A stretch of DNA of 64,000 nt, from the NCBI RefSeq assembly GCF_000181795.1, contig NW_003526943.1:4841081-4905080 (forward strand), in the 5' to 3' direction. This DNA is from Trichinella spiralis (lineage: Eukaryota). The translations under genes and the position numbers were made by a program. This document shows, one piece after another, positions 13,131 through 26,381 of the stretch; position 1 is the first letter of the stretch; every line of letters begins with the position of its first letter. The notes beneath the pieces were generated by a model. That model was given only the letters and a program-made list of their open reading frames with translations. It was not told the origin of the DNA and ran no database searches.

Positions 13131-14074
13131 ATCCCTCCCGTTCTGATTGTTTGCAATATTTTTCATTTCATTGGCTGAAATATCTCAATTTACTTACAAT
13201 TATGATGTGACATAACTTTAATATTTCGAAAGTTTCATCAAATTTATTTTCATCGAAATTTTTTTTATTTAAAAAAATTAAAGAATTCATTTCGCTTCGA
13301 CGGATGCGCATATTTCTTGCATCACGTATGCTGAATGGAATCGTTTGATAATTTCAATCCGTTTTCATCTTGCAATGGAAGAATATTATTTAATTCTTCT
13401 CTAATTTTTTAATTTAATTTAATTCTCTTCATGCTCAAATCGCCGTTACCAATTCATCCGATATGACAAGAGACGAGAACAATTTCTGACAAAAGCGTAG
13501 TTGACACTATACGCATAAAACTCTCAGAATGGCGAGCAAGCAAGTATTTTGTCAGACGAGCAAAAACAACTGTTCATTGACATTTCTTCGAACAGTACAT
13601 AAGAAAATTCGGGTGGAGGAAAAATTTTTCATCTCTGTTCTGCTCGTTACTTTCACAATGATTAATGTATCCGACCGGCATCTTTGAAAAAAAATTCGTT
13701 GATGCAGTATGTTTCAGCATTGTACATTATGATGACAAACGTATCAAACTTTGGGTAACGACGCTGGTAGCTGTATGAACTGCAAAACTGACAAAACGGA
13801 ACAGTGGCACAAAGTTCGTTGCGCAGTTAGAATTGTTCAGTTGGACAATGAATTTGCATAAAACTTTATTCATAAATTTCAATTCTGACCTCATCTTCGT
13901 GGGTGAACGGGAGAAAATTTTCAGTCTCGTTCAGAATAGTTTCATTAAAAAATTGAAGTAAAAAAGAATAAATAATAAAAATGAAAAAGAAAAAAAATTT
14001 TCCAATAATTATGAATTATGGAAAATTCGTATTTTATATTTAAAAAATGCATTAAAAATGAATCACACGTCTGA

Positions 14075-17000
14075 TCAAATAATAAAATGATTCGAAGTGG
14101 GATACAACTCGCGCACTGCTTTTTTCGCCGCAGCATGTTTTGCGGTTCGATAACTTTTTCCACTACCAATAAAACTTCCTTTTCCAGTAACAACGACCTG
14201 AACATGCACGCCGCTGTTTCCTTCTTCTCTGTCCAAAATGCTTTCAAAGAAGAAAAAAACCAAATTATATATACATATAGCCAAATGCAATAAGCAACAA
14301 CAACAGTAATAATAAGAAGTCAAATTACTTGAATTGGACACGTTCCGGTTCTAATTCCAGTAAATGTCGAACTGGTGATATCGGTGGATGACATAAGCAT
14401 TTGTCTGAAAATGAGAATGAGAATGAAAAGTGGAATGTCAGCTAATGTTCAATAAGGTTAGAGGTAGTTGAAGTGAAAAAAATGAACTTGCGTGTTAAAA
14501 GCCCCTCACTGCTTCCCCCAGGTTGGAATTGCATGAATAACTAAATGAAGTGAAGTCGCTCCGTTGTTTACCAATTTCTTCTGCAATCATGTTGTAGTAG
14601 ACTTGCCAGACGGTCGCTAAACTGCAATGAGAATCGAGAAAAATCGCTCCTGCTACTGATTCGAAAATATCACCCAACGGTTTCGGAACTTCTACATGTT
14701 CGGCAAATTCACTGGTTTCTTTTTCATCATCGTCTTGTTCTTCTTCCATCATGTAAAGCTGAAAAATACACATATAAGAAATAAGTTGAAAAAACAAACA
14801 AACAAACTTCATTGTGAAAGTTGACACTTTCTTTCAGTCCTCTCATAGCCAAGACGAACCGTTCATTCACACTGAGCAACTCAGCATTGAAATATAAGAA
14901 ATACTAAAAAAAAAGAATTTAATTTAAAATGAAAAAATAAACAAAAAATCCCTGTTGAACAGAAAGAAAGAGGACCTTTTGAAAATGATTCAAAACGGCC
15001 ATGGAAGCGAAAAAAACGTTGTTCACAAGTGCCGCTCTCAAATCGGACAGCAGGCCAGGTGATCGTATACGCTTGCTGCTGTACAAGTGCCTGCTGATCA
15101 AGTAGTCGAGAATCGCGTCGCCCAGAAATTCAAGACGCTAAAAGTTTGCAAATTGGCAGTTTCCATTTGATTTCTTCATCTCGTTCGTATTCAATATTCA
15201 AACAGGCGACTAACTACTAACTAATCAACAACTACTAAACTCACACGTATATACCTCGTAACTGTCGGTCACTGGCGTTTCGACTTCGTTGTACGAGCTG
15301 TGGGTTAACGCTTGAATCAAGTAGGCCTTGTTGGTGAACCGATAGCCGATTTTCGCCTCAAAAGAGTTCAAATCGTACGCTGTCCATATTGAATGGATTT
15401 TCGCCTCAGGACCGATCAGCACACAATTTTCTGAGCAAAAAGCAGTGGAAGAAGAAGAAGAAGAAGAAGAAGAAGAAGAAAGTAAATTCATCAGCTGAAG
15501 AAAATATCGTAAAAAAAGAATATTATTCACCGAGAAGAACATGGCAAAAAATAAAATTCACATTGCCATCGATGTCGATGCCAAACCATTTGAGCAACTT
15601 GATCGCCGGTCGCATGCCGGCTTCCAACAAATAACAGCCGACCAACGCTTCGACACAATCAGCAATGCTCTTGTCGTAGATCACTTGATGAGTGCGATTC
15701 AAAGAGCACATTTCGTAACGTTCAGCAACAACAACTGGTGTCGGCGTATTGGCTTTCAATGCCTCATTCTTCTTTTTCGAATCGCCTTCATCAATCAGCT
15801 CGTTCACGGATTCGTATCCACTTTCCAAAGCGGCCAAGCTTCGAAAACACGGAGGCAGCCACTGGGCGGTCGGATCGAACGGTACCGCGGTCAGTTTGGC
15901 TTGCAGCAGCTTCTGCTTGCCAAGGTTGAACAGGTTGGTGTTGCTGACGATTTCGGAACGCAACGACGTCAGTCGACCCTCGTTCCAGTTCGTCTCCTTT
16001 ATGAAAACGTGCAAGCTGACGATGAATTTCAAAAACGAATCGCCCAACGCTTCCATCGATTCCAAGTCGAACATATCCTGGGCCTTTCTCAACGTCAACG
16101 CCCTCAACACATCCCGACACTGCGGTCCAGGCCGGTGTTGGGCCGGAGCCGTCGCCGTGTCCGAAACGTCCGACGGTTCGACAAACAAATTCAACTCGGA
16201 TTCAGGCAATGCCGGGGCGGCGACGAAAAAATCACTTTCACCGTCTGATTCGACAATTCCAAAGTCCACTTTCTCCAACGGCTGCTGCTGCGGTTGTATT
16301 GATGACAACAATTGCAGGGAAAAGTGTGTATCAAATAAACATTCGTCATTCGATTCAGCTGTATGAGATTCGGCCACAGAATTACCAGTTAAAATGTCCA
16401 ACTGATCGTCCACTGGTACTGTCGGACATGCATTGCAAAATCGCACATCGAACTCTTCCAACAGTGCCTGGGTTTCGGGATCAATGCTACCAGTTGCTGT
16501 TGCTGCTGCGGCACTGTTGCTGTTCACGCTCAACTTGCTTAATTTCACCGGCAACTGATTGTCCACAATGCACATGTCGTTCAACCGGGATGCTAGCAAA
16601 TACCAGTCTTTATTCAACGGCTGTATTTCGCAATTTTCCTCCAACACTTCTCCGGGAAACATAGCTTCGCGAAGAATCTGAAGTCGAAGCTGTTCAGCAA
16701 TGAGCAGATGATTCATTCTAAAAGAATTTTGAGAAAAAATAATAAACAAAAAAGAGAGAAAAACAACCCCAAAAGTGTTTTCCACCAGATTACGGTGAAC
16801 ATTTCGATCGACAATGCATACTATCCTATCAATGCACTGGTCCTTCAATTTGGTCAACATTTCAATTAACACAATTATCGTTAATTAATTTGTAACATAA
16901 TAATAATAGGAATAGAAGCAACGTGGCGAATATTAAAATCCAAAACAAACCTACCGGTAAAGTACAGTTGGTAGAAATATCAGACAACGCCACATCGATG

Positions 17001-20000
17001 CCGGCATTGGATGTATTATTACCAATTCGGGTACCAGTTTGCAATGACAAGAGTTGGCGTCGTCGTCGAAATCAAACAGCAGAATGGAAATTGGCTTTTC
17101 GCACAAAAGATTCAGCCTAAAATTCCAACGACAACGGCAACAATTAAAATCACCGAAATGAACGCAAAACGAACACAAAATACCTTTTAAAAGAAACCAT
17201 CTTGACACTGAGCAAGGGTTGATTTTTGTCCAACACTTTCACCTGTTTCGTAACTTCGAAATATTCAGCAAACGATCTGTACATTTTTAACGGGAAAGGC
17301 GACATCGGCGTGCAAGTGTTGTCGACTGCAGTGACGAAATAATAAAAATCACGATCGTTTTTATTCTTATACCAAGGATAAACTACTGCATTAAAATAAC
17401 TGAAAAGTCCATTTTGAAAAACAAACAAACAAACGTATCTACACAACATTAATCATCAATTAAAATCAACCTGCTAGAATTCATTATAAATTTTTCACTT
17501 CTCTGCTGCGGTATGTGAGAAACATCCTTGCTCCAGTTGATAATTTTTTCGGCAGTAGACAAATCCACACTGCACTTTGAATTATATTCTAAACAAATTA
17601 AATTAATTTATTTAAAGGAATATTTTCTTTTATGCGTCGACAATAATTTGACCATTTTTACCGCATTTTAACGGAACAATCAAATAGGAACAGGCGGCAT
17701 TTTCTGGATCAAAAATGAAATCCTCTTCTTCTCTGAACAAATAATTTTTGAAAATACAACAATGAAATGAAGTCAAAATGTCCAGCTGATGAGCGGAATA
17801 GGATGTTTCTTCGACAAATTCAATTTCTACATCAATATAACTCTCGTCTGTGAAAACTGAAAATCCAGGAAGCTAAACAAATAGATTGTTGAAAAACAAA
17901 ATTTCACCTAACAATTGATGAATACGAAGTATATATGAATTGAATGAATGAAATACAAAGCTTACATTTCCAATCGGTTTCGATACAAGTATACCCAGCC
18001 TTGGCAAAAAACTTTCAATAGAACTTATACTTATGGCATAAAGATAACTCTTCTGATCTGCTCTAGGTATTGCTTTGTATAACGCATCGGGCACCTGCAC
18101 AATTCAACTGATCAGTAATGGAACATAATAATTAATAGCTGATATATATATATCTATAATTCTGAATAAATTTCAAACAGAAAATTTCAAACTTTCTTCA
18201 AAAGAAATACATTTCAGCAGAGAATTATGAAGCTGACAAAATTACCTCTTTCAAATAATAGCTTCTACTGCTGATCGAAAAAAACTGTTCATCTTCTTTC
18301 AATTCAATTTCTTTACGGACAGTCACCGGCGGTATCAAAAATTCATTCAATTCACCCATCGCATGCAACATCTTGGCAGTTTCGAATGCAGCGGCCATTT
18401 CAGCTAGTTTTGCATTCTGCATTGGTTTTCCCTACAATCAATAATAATAATAATAATATGTGCATACCATAATGAATGATAATAACAAAATCTCACTTCA
18501 ATTTTCTTTTTTAAAGGTGAAGTTGTCGGCAACTGAACAGTGGCAACATACGATATTGACAAATCCTTATTCAGAATTGTCTGTACACTGAACTTTGGAC
18601 TACTATCAGCGAATCTGTCTTTACGTAATTTATTGCAATAACTATAACAAAGTAACATGTATAAAGCATAATAAATTAAACAGAGACATATATTACCGCT
18701 TAATCACATTATGAGCAGAGCTGAGTACTAAGCAAGCCGCCTTCTTTACAAGGCCATTCTCTTCAAAATAAGTATAATAAGGTTCTACTAATGAATCAAC
18801 ATCGCCATTTGGTAAGTTCACTTCTTTACGGCAATTGTCGACTTGATCATTATTTCCGCTATAAGACTAAACGAGAACTTTGAAAATGGAAAACAGAAAA
18901 ATCAAAATGCACAACGGAAAAATCCACCAAAAACATGCAAAAATCACAATTCACACGATCTCTATCTTTAGTTCTCGTTAGAATATTTAAATCACGTCCA
19001 TTCACCTTCAAAAATTTTTCCGTTTCCACAAATGAATTCAACATTTCTTGAAAACTCTCCAAAAATCTGTCCTGAACCAAAATTGTATAATAAGCAATCT
19101 TCTGTCGAGCTCTGCCTGAAACATACAACAAATAACAGGAGCACTGATTGAGCAGAAATTTAAAATATATTTTTTAATATTTTCTTACCTTTTGATTGGA
19201 CAAAAGATCGAAAAGTCAATGGTGTATCAAAGCGAATGACATAATTGCAATGACGAACATCGATTCCTTCTTCCAAAATACTGGTTGCTGCAAGTAGATT
19301 AAGCTTTCCATGTCGAAAATTTTTTAATACCTACAACAATAGAATAGAAAAGCTAAAAATGAAATGAGAAAATCAAAATCAAATATACTTCTTCTTGTCT
19401 TGCGAAGGAGGGTTCCGCAACTTCGGCTGACATCCTGCTTCCGACGACATAATCGACCTCGAGATAACTATACGAACGCGGCTGCAGTTTCTTCGCCGTG
19501 TCTATGAGGATCTGAAAGGGTGGGCCATTTGCTCCATTGGTATTTTCGAATTTTCTGCTATTATTTTTCTCCAATTGGAAATTCAACTCACCGCTATACA
19601 ATAAGCTACCAGGCGTTGATTGACGAATACAATTCCAAACGGCTTGCTGTTGCTGGTCAACAAATTGTTGACGAATGAACTGCCGTTTTCAGAGTCGAGA
19701 ATGTTCAACAAAGCGGACAGTCGGTCCGAAACCACACACTTCAGCTTCTGGACCGAGTCGACCAAACCAATATGCCGTTTCAATTTGACGCTGGTCACTT
19801 TCAGGCAAGTTTTCAACACTTCAAGCCAAACCGAGCTGCTGGCATCCGATCCCGACGTGAACAGCGAAAACAGATTATTGTCCTCGTCGTCAGCAAGCAA
19901 AGTCGAGATGCGAGTTGCTAAATTCGTCGTGCTTTGTAGCATTTGCTTGCAAACTTGCAAAGCGCACCACGGTCCAAGCTGCCCCATGATCGAGTCCAGC

Positions 20001-21506
20001 TTGGCAAGCACGTCGCAGACGTGCTGGATGTACAAGGAGACGTTGCCTTCGCATTCGCGGCCGCACCGTTCCAAAGATTTCTGCGTGCTCCGCACCAGAT
20101 GCTGAAAAAACAAATCCAACTCGTGCCAATCGTACTTGTTGTCGTTTTTGCATGCAACGATCGCTATATGAGGATCGGCCGAGTAAAGCTTCAACAATTC
20201 CGCATGCGATGTGCCAACAACACGACTGCACAACGTTGTCTCCAAATTGCGAATCGCCTTCTGCAAGCCGATTTCGTCTCCTTTTTTATTCATAACCGAC
20301 GCCGTCAAACCCAATATTCTGGGCTGTATTCCTGAAACGAAAATTTTCTCAATTATCCACTTCACACCATGCGTTTAATCGCACATTTTGTTTACACCAC
20401 TGCAGTAGGAAAAACAACAACTGTTTAAAATGGATAAACAACTGAATAAATTACCTATCAATCAAGCACTGACATCGACCAGCCGAAAATAACCTTTTCC
20501 CCCAACTTCAATAGCCTACTTATATCAGTTTCAGACAGAGAACTATATACGCATAAATGATTCATTGAATAAATAAAGCTTTTTACTTCTAACATTGACA
20601 TTTCGAAATGTGAAATTTAAAAGTCACTCACACGTTTACAAATCGAATGAAAAATTATCACCATCAGAATTATGAAACTGGCCAATATCTCTATGTGTTT
20701 TTGCTTTGTTAAAAGTTAATTTTGTTAAAAACAAAAACTTTCAAAATTGTAAACGATAAATTGAAATCAAAAAAACTACTCATTTAAAAAAGTCAATCAT
20801 TACCACTGTCGTTATTATTATAACACAACTTGTAAAGTTCCATTATTTTTTTGTAAGGATGTTGCTTTGTAGCGTGATGGCACTCATCGAAGACGATCAA
20901 GTTGACAATATCAAATTTGATAAATCCATGGGTCAGGATGTTTCGGAAAATTTCAGCCGTCATGACGAGCACCTAAATTAGTTGAAAGGTAAAAGTTGAA
21001 ATGGTGAAAAATAATCAAAAAAGAACAGCAACCATTACATGAAACTTGTCGAAAAATTCCATCCAAATCTTGGCTGACCAACAATCGACTCCCAAAGCGC
21101 CGTGGAATTCACCAACTTTCAGGTTGGTATTGATTCGAATATGCTCGGCTTGTTGTTTGACCAGTGGAACTGCAATGGAATTGTACAAGGCAATCGACTG
21201 ACAAATCCAAAATCGTCCCCCTCACACATATACCTTTGTCCACAATAAACAACGATCTCTTGCCGCCTTCTTTCAGCGGCTGGTGAACGGATTCGGACAT
21301 TTCTCGAATCAACATTACAGCAATGAACGTTTTGCCGGTGCCTGTTCCAAGCGTGACGATCACATTTTCCTTTTTGGCACACTCTAACAGCTCTTTCTGG
21401 AATAGGTTTCGACATCTTTTAGAAATAAATAAACAAACAAATAAAAAATACTTTCAACCTGATATAATCGCACGTTCTCCAACCGACCGCTTTGTTCTTT
21501 CTCCAT
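14075..21506 (-). CDS. dcr-1: Dicer: DExH helicase, DUF283, platform/PAZ, RNase IIIa, RNase IIIb, dsRBD; multi-exon
   Basis: Spliced reading gives [67 protein letters not shown] and QSK|GRAR. It also gives PAZ (AVVYPWY..PMSPFP..SFAEYF..QPLL), [47 protein letters not shown], and the ds[20 protein letters not shown]. Orthologue versus paralogue is not resolved. Confidence 0.97.
15448..15480. repeat. (GAA)11 microsatellite encoding poly-Ser inside Dicer
   Basis: Eleven perfect GAA units, in frame on the minus strand between RNase IIIa and IIIb. Confidence 0.9.
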
Positions 21507-22659
21507 TCTGCTGTAAAAAATAGCCGATTATTACACACCCTGCCATAATAAACTCGAAATCAACTTCACTATTATTAATACAATTACATCACTAAAACTA
21601 TTGCTATTTTTAATACACAATACAAAAACGTAACTTTTAGTTAAAAATGACCTAGAAATATAGAACATTGAATAATAACTTTAGATGATAAAATGCTAAA
21701 ATAAAAATTGAAAATTATACGTTGATTTATTAAAACGAAGTAAATTTGATTTTAATTAAATAAAATCAACTTATTCTTCAAAATATATACATATGCAATA
21801 CTCTTTTCATCTAAATTTAAGTAATTGAAATTTCATGCAACAACAAAAACCGAAATTATTAATTTGAATAAACATTACATTCACAGTAAATCAAAGAAAA
21901 TAGAGAAAATAAAGTTCATATATATATTTCTTAGAACAATGCACAAATAAATAAAAATTTACATTTTATTTATCAGTAAATATTAAATAGTAAACAATTT
22001 CATTGTTATACAAATTATATACTTTGAAACTGTCGTAATTTTTAATCCGAATTACTTCCATAAACCATACTGTATATCATAAAATAATAAGGTATTAGAT
22101 AACTAATTTTTTAATATTGGTGATTTTTATAAATAAACGCTTTTAAAATGGTGCATTATTAATTCGTATTCATTTGTTTTTCTCATATTCGAAATTTCAA
22201 TAATCAATTCTGCTTGAAATGAATATTATAAAGTAGAACATATTCGGAAAACATTTATTATTCGAATTAATTTTTATGAATAAATGATTGAATATACATA
22301 TAAAACGTTAGCTTCAGTTTACTGATCATCATTTATTCTCTCCTATTAATACTGTTTATCAGTATTAGTTAAAACTGTTTATCAGAGTTCGAAAACTGTG
22401 AACCAAAACTTTTGATGGTAAAATCTAGTTGAACTAGTTTTATACTTCTTTTAGCATTTAATTACGAATACAATTCCATTATTCTTTCATTATATTCGAA
22501 GTAAAAAACATTTGCATTTACATATCCAAAAAATATCCCAGCATGGTATCAATGACGACTGATTTTTCTGACATGTAATTGACTGTATTCAATTACACCA
22601 CTTTGAAGAATAAAAACAAAAACATAATTTCATTTCACTTTATTTCTCAATTATTCCCA

Positions 22660-23628
22660 TCAGTACAATGGAACTGGAAATTCAAATTTCACTTCTTTAC
22701 CAGTCAAATGCTTGTATACTGCAGCAAAAGTTTCTGTCTAAACAGCGAAAATTATATTACATTCAAGTTCACAATTCACTTTACTTTATGCTCAACGGCG
22801 GCCTTCTGATTACGATCGAGGTGAACTTTCAACAACCGACTGCCGTCCAAACGTACTCGAATACGTTTACCAACTATTTCAGCCGGAAACACTATATCGT
22901 TCAAATATTCATCATGCACAGCAGCCAAAGTACGGCTAAAGTACGAAAAGATAAATAAAATAACCATTATCACAGACACACTCCATTTCATCATTAAAGC
23001 TGAGGCGAACATTCAAAATTCAATTTAAATTAATCTGAACACGAAAAAACTGCAACACAAAATCATTTCCAACCTGCGAGGACGTTTTTGCTTTTGAGTA
23101 ATTTTGCGTTTACCACGGGTTGGTTTAGGAAGAATTCGACGCTAAAATTTGAAATAAACTTTCCATATCCAAGAAAATTTCAAATGTTGAAAAAAAATAT
23201 CATCTTACTTTTGCAACAAAAACAACATGCTTTCCGCCAAATTTTTTTTCCACTTCATGAATTAACCGAACCAAAATTCGTCTATACTGCTTATACTGTG
23301 GAAAGGGTACAAAGACGATGATAACCGCCCTGTTACCAACGTCAATTTCCTGGGAAATTTTTTTTCAATATATAAAAATAAATAAAAGTTACAATTAATA
23401 AAATTTAAAAACTATACTTTGGCAGATACAAAAGTCAAATCTTCTTTCACGTAATACTGCAAATCTTGTGAATGCTTCAAATCATATAAAACCTTAAAAA
23501 ATAATAATAATGACGTATATATTAAAACAAAAAAGTTAACAGAAAAGTACTTGTGACACATGGCGTTCCAATTCTGTAACACAGTCTTTGGATGCTCTGA
23601 CTAAATTATTCAGCGTACCGTAAACCAT
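22660..23628 (-). CDS. rps-7: 40S ribosomal protein S7 (eS7), six coding exons
   Basis: Spliced product includes [104 protein letters not shown]. Confidence 0.96.
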
Positions 23629-24620
23629 ATCGATATTATTCTTGCGAAATGTAGCGGAATTCTAAGAAACAAAATTTATTATATAAACTGCTTATTTCAT
23701 CAATTATAATACAACAATCAAATGAATAATTAATTCCTAGCAAGATTTGCTAAACTTAACAAACCAAATTGTTACCATTTATATATTACAACAATAAATA
23801 TATAAAAAGTCACGAAATGTATAATAAAAAACAAAACATAATAGATTACGCATAAAAACAAACATAAAATTGAATGATTTAATCATTTAAGCAAAAAAAT
23901 GCATTTTTATAAACGGATTACCGAAAGACACGAATATTGTACCGTAAACATGAATTCAAGTATTAATAACAGTTTCTATAAAGTAAATTAATTTACTGAA
24001 AAGTATTGCATATTAAAAGAGCTAAAATTGAACTTTTTCAAGATTTTATAATTTTTTATGAAGAAATTTATATATTTAAACATATAGAAAGGAAAAAACA
24101 AAATAAAAAAGAAATTAATGCAAATAGATGTCGACTTAAAACTTACCTAAAGTTTAGAATAAATAACTTGATGAAAAACGATGAAAATAATAATTTTTGT
24201 ACAACACGACATCAGCATCACCAAATGGGTCGTTTATTTTTAAAAAATACATTAACTGCATTGGGTAAATATTTATGATTGTTTGAAAAATGTTCTACAT
24301 TGGCATGTTTGTTAAAGCTTGTTCTTATCAGAAGAAAAATATTGCAAAATTCAAATAAATTTTTTAAAATTTAAACTGACTACTACCTTTCATAAATGCC
24401 ATCATGTGTAATTTTTTTTAATTCAGCTTTTATTTGATAAAAGATTTTAGAATCCCCGTTATAATACTAAGTAAAACTGTTTTCAACCACTGTACACCAT
24501 ACAAATGATATAACAAAACCACTACCCTTAATTTATAAACATGATTACTTAAAAAATTCAAGTTTTAAATGATGAATAGTTTCAATCGACAAATATAAAA
24601 GCTGTTCTTTCATTCATCCG

Positions 24621-25296
24621 TCACATACGACCAATTCGTTGCTGAGTTTCTGAATTTATACAATTGATGAATTCTGATACAAGCTTGCTGCATTTCAACG
24701 TTTTTTGACGATTTAAATCAAAACATTTCATCACTTCCATTTCTTTGTCCATGCACAGCTGATGACAACTGTACTGCATAAACTTGGTTTTCACGTCTTG
24801 AACAGTGCTTTTCAATTTTTGTTCCAACTTCAACTGTTCCGCTTCTCCCCTTTTAAAAGTTTTTCTCGATTTATGGCTTTCAGAATTACGCTAAACCAAT
24901 TTCATGTTGACTGCTTTATGCGTAAATTAGTTCTACTCACTTTCTTTCTTTCGGCATAATCACGTTCCTGCAACTGACGTTTCAATCTAGCAACTTCTTC
25001 TTGAGTAGCAATCAAATCTTGCCGCAATGTTTCGTACTGTATTCGATAAGCTGACTCTCTGAAAAATCACGCATCATGCAAAATATGTCAACACAGAATG
25101 TTTTAATGCAAAAGACAGTCTAAGATACTAACATCAGCATGTCATCGATCACGGGATCTTCAGATTTAAAAATGTCTTGACTGCCAAATCGAAGACGCTG
25201 TATAACATCATCAGCTATACGAACCACATCAAAAGCTTCCATTTCACTTTCGTCCTCCATAGCATCTCCATTCGTTGAACTGGCTGCCATGCCCAT
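24621..25296 (-). CDS. MICOS subunit MIC19/CHCHD3-like protein (three exons)
   Basis: N-terminal MGMAAS fits the MGxxxS myristoylation consensus. It is followed by VVRIADDVIQRL, a coiled coil and a C-terminal twin CX9C (C-MDKEMEVMK-C..C-SKLVSEFIN-C). Confidence 0.85.
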
Positions 25297-26381
25297 GGTT
25301 AAATAATCTAAATTAGTCTTGCCTCGTTATTTCAGGTAATGCATGCTGAATATACATTCACCAAAAATACACTTCATAGTCAAGAATGTACTATGGATAG
25401 ATAAAACAAAAACTGAACATACAAAAATTTATGAATTCAAATTGATTAAAAAAGAACTGAAAATTCAAACCTTAAAAATTCAATATACAACTTGCTTAGA
25501 AAGCATCAACTGATTCATCTCAAATACAGCTTAATTAGAAAAAACAATTCCTAAATATTTATTTTCAAAACATCTTTCATAATTAAAACTGTTTTATAAT
25601 TCAAGAAAAACAAAAATTACCTAAGTAAGGCACTCAATATCACAGTACAAAATTGTGATAATTAAGTGTGATAATTTTATCAACTGATTCGTATCTTTCG
25701 TGATCAACTTTATCTTGTAATATATAAATTTGATCTTATTATATTCAATATTAAAAGTTAGAATTTTCGTTTTTAATAAAAGGAAAGTAGATAATTTTCA
25801 AGATAATTTGAATAATATAAAAATCTTGCTTAATTTTTTGACCAAAGATTATTTCAAATTTCAAAAATATCTATCCACTGTGAACCTACATTAAAGGATA
25901 GCTGATTTCAGGTAAAATTGCATATTAAGATAAGCAATTTTTATCAATTTGAGACGTTTTTCAAATAATTGCTATTCATTTTCAACTTTAGCTGTGAATA
26001 GGTACAATATTTGCCACTTCAAACGTTTTCGTATTTTGTTGATTAATTTTCATTATCATGTCAAAAATTGAGAAATTCAATTATTATTTGTATTAATGTT
26101 GAATGGGACTGTTTAACATTTGCTTGTTAAATAGAACTGCTGTTCAGCATTTTACAGCATAAAAAATATACTTTTAAGCATTCATTGTAGTGGAAGAAAT
26201 CAGTGTCAACAAAGAATAAAAATTAATTAAATAATTACATTTATTAAAATAAATTAGAATGAATTTTATGCTAAAGCATTATAAATGTGATGATTTTTAA
26301 TGAACAAATAAAACTGAACTGGAATGTAATTAATTTCAAATTTCGCTCATTAGAAAATGTCATATAATGAATAATTGTCGA

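Noticed and set aside
15541..16664. Long plus-strand ORFs (235, 205 and 151 aa)
   Set aside because: Antisense shadows of the GC-rich Dicer RNase IIIa exon with no recognisable domains.
19620..20335. Overlapping ORFs in other frames and strands
   Set aside because: Shadows of the Dicer helicase exon.
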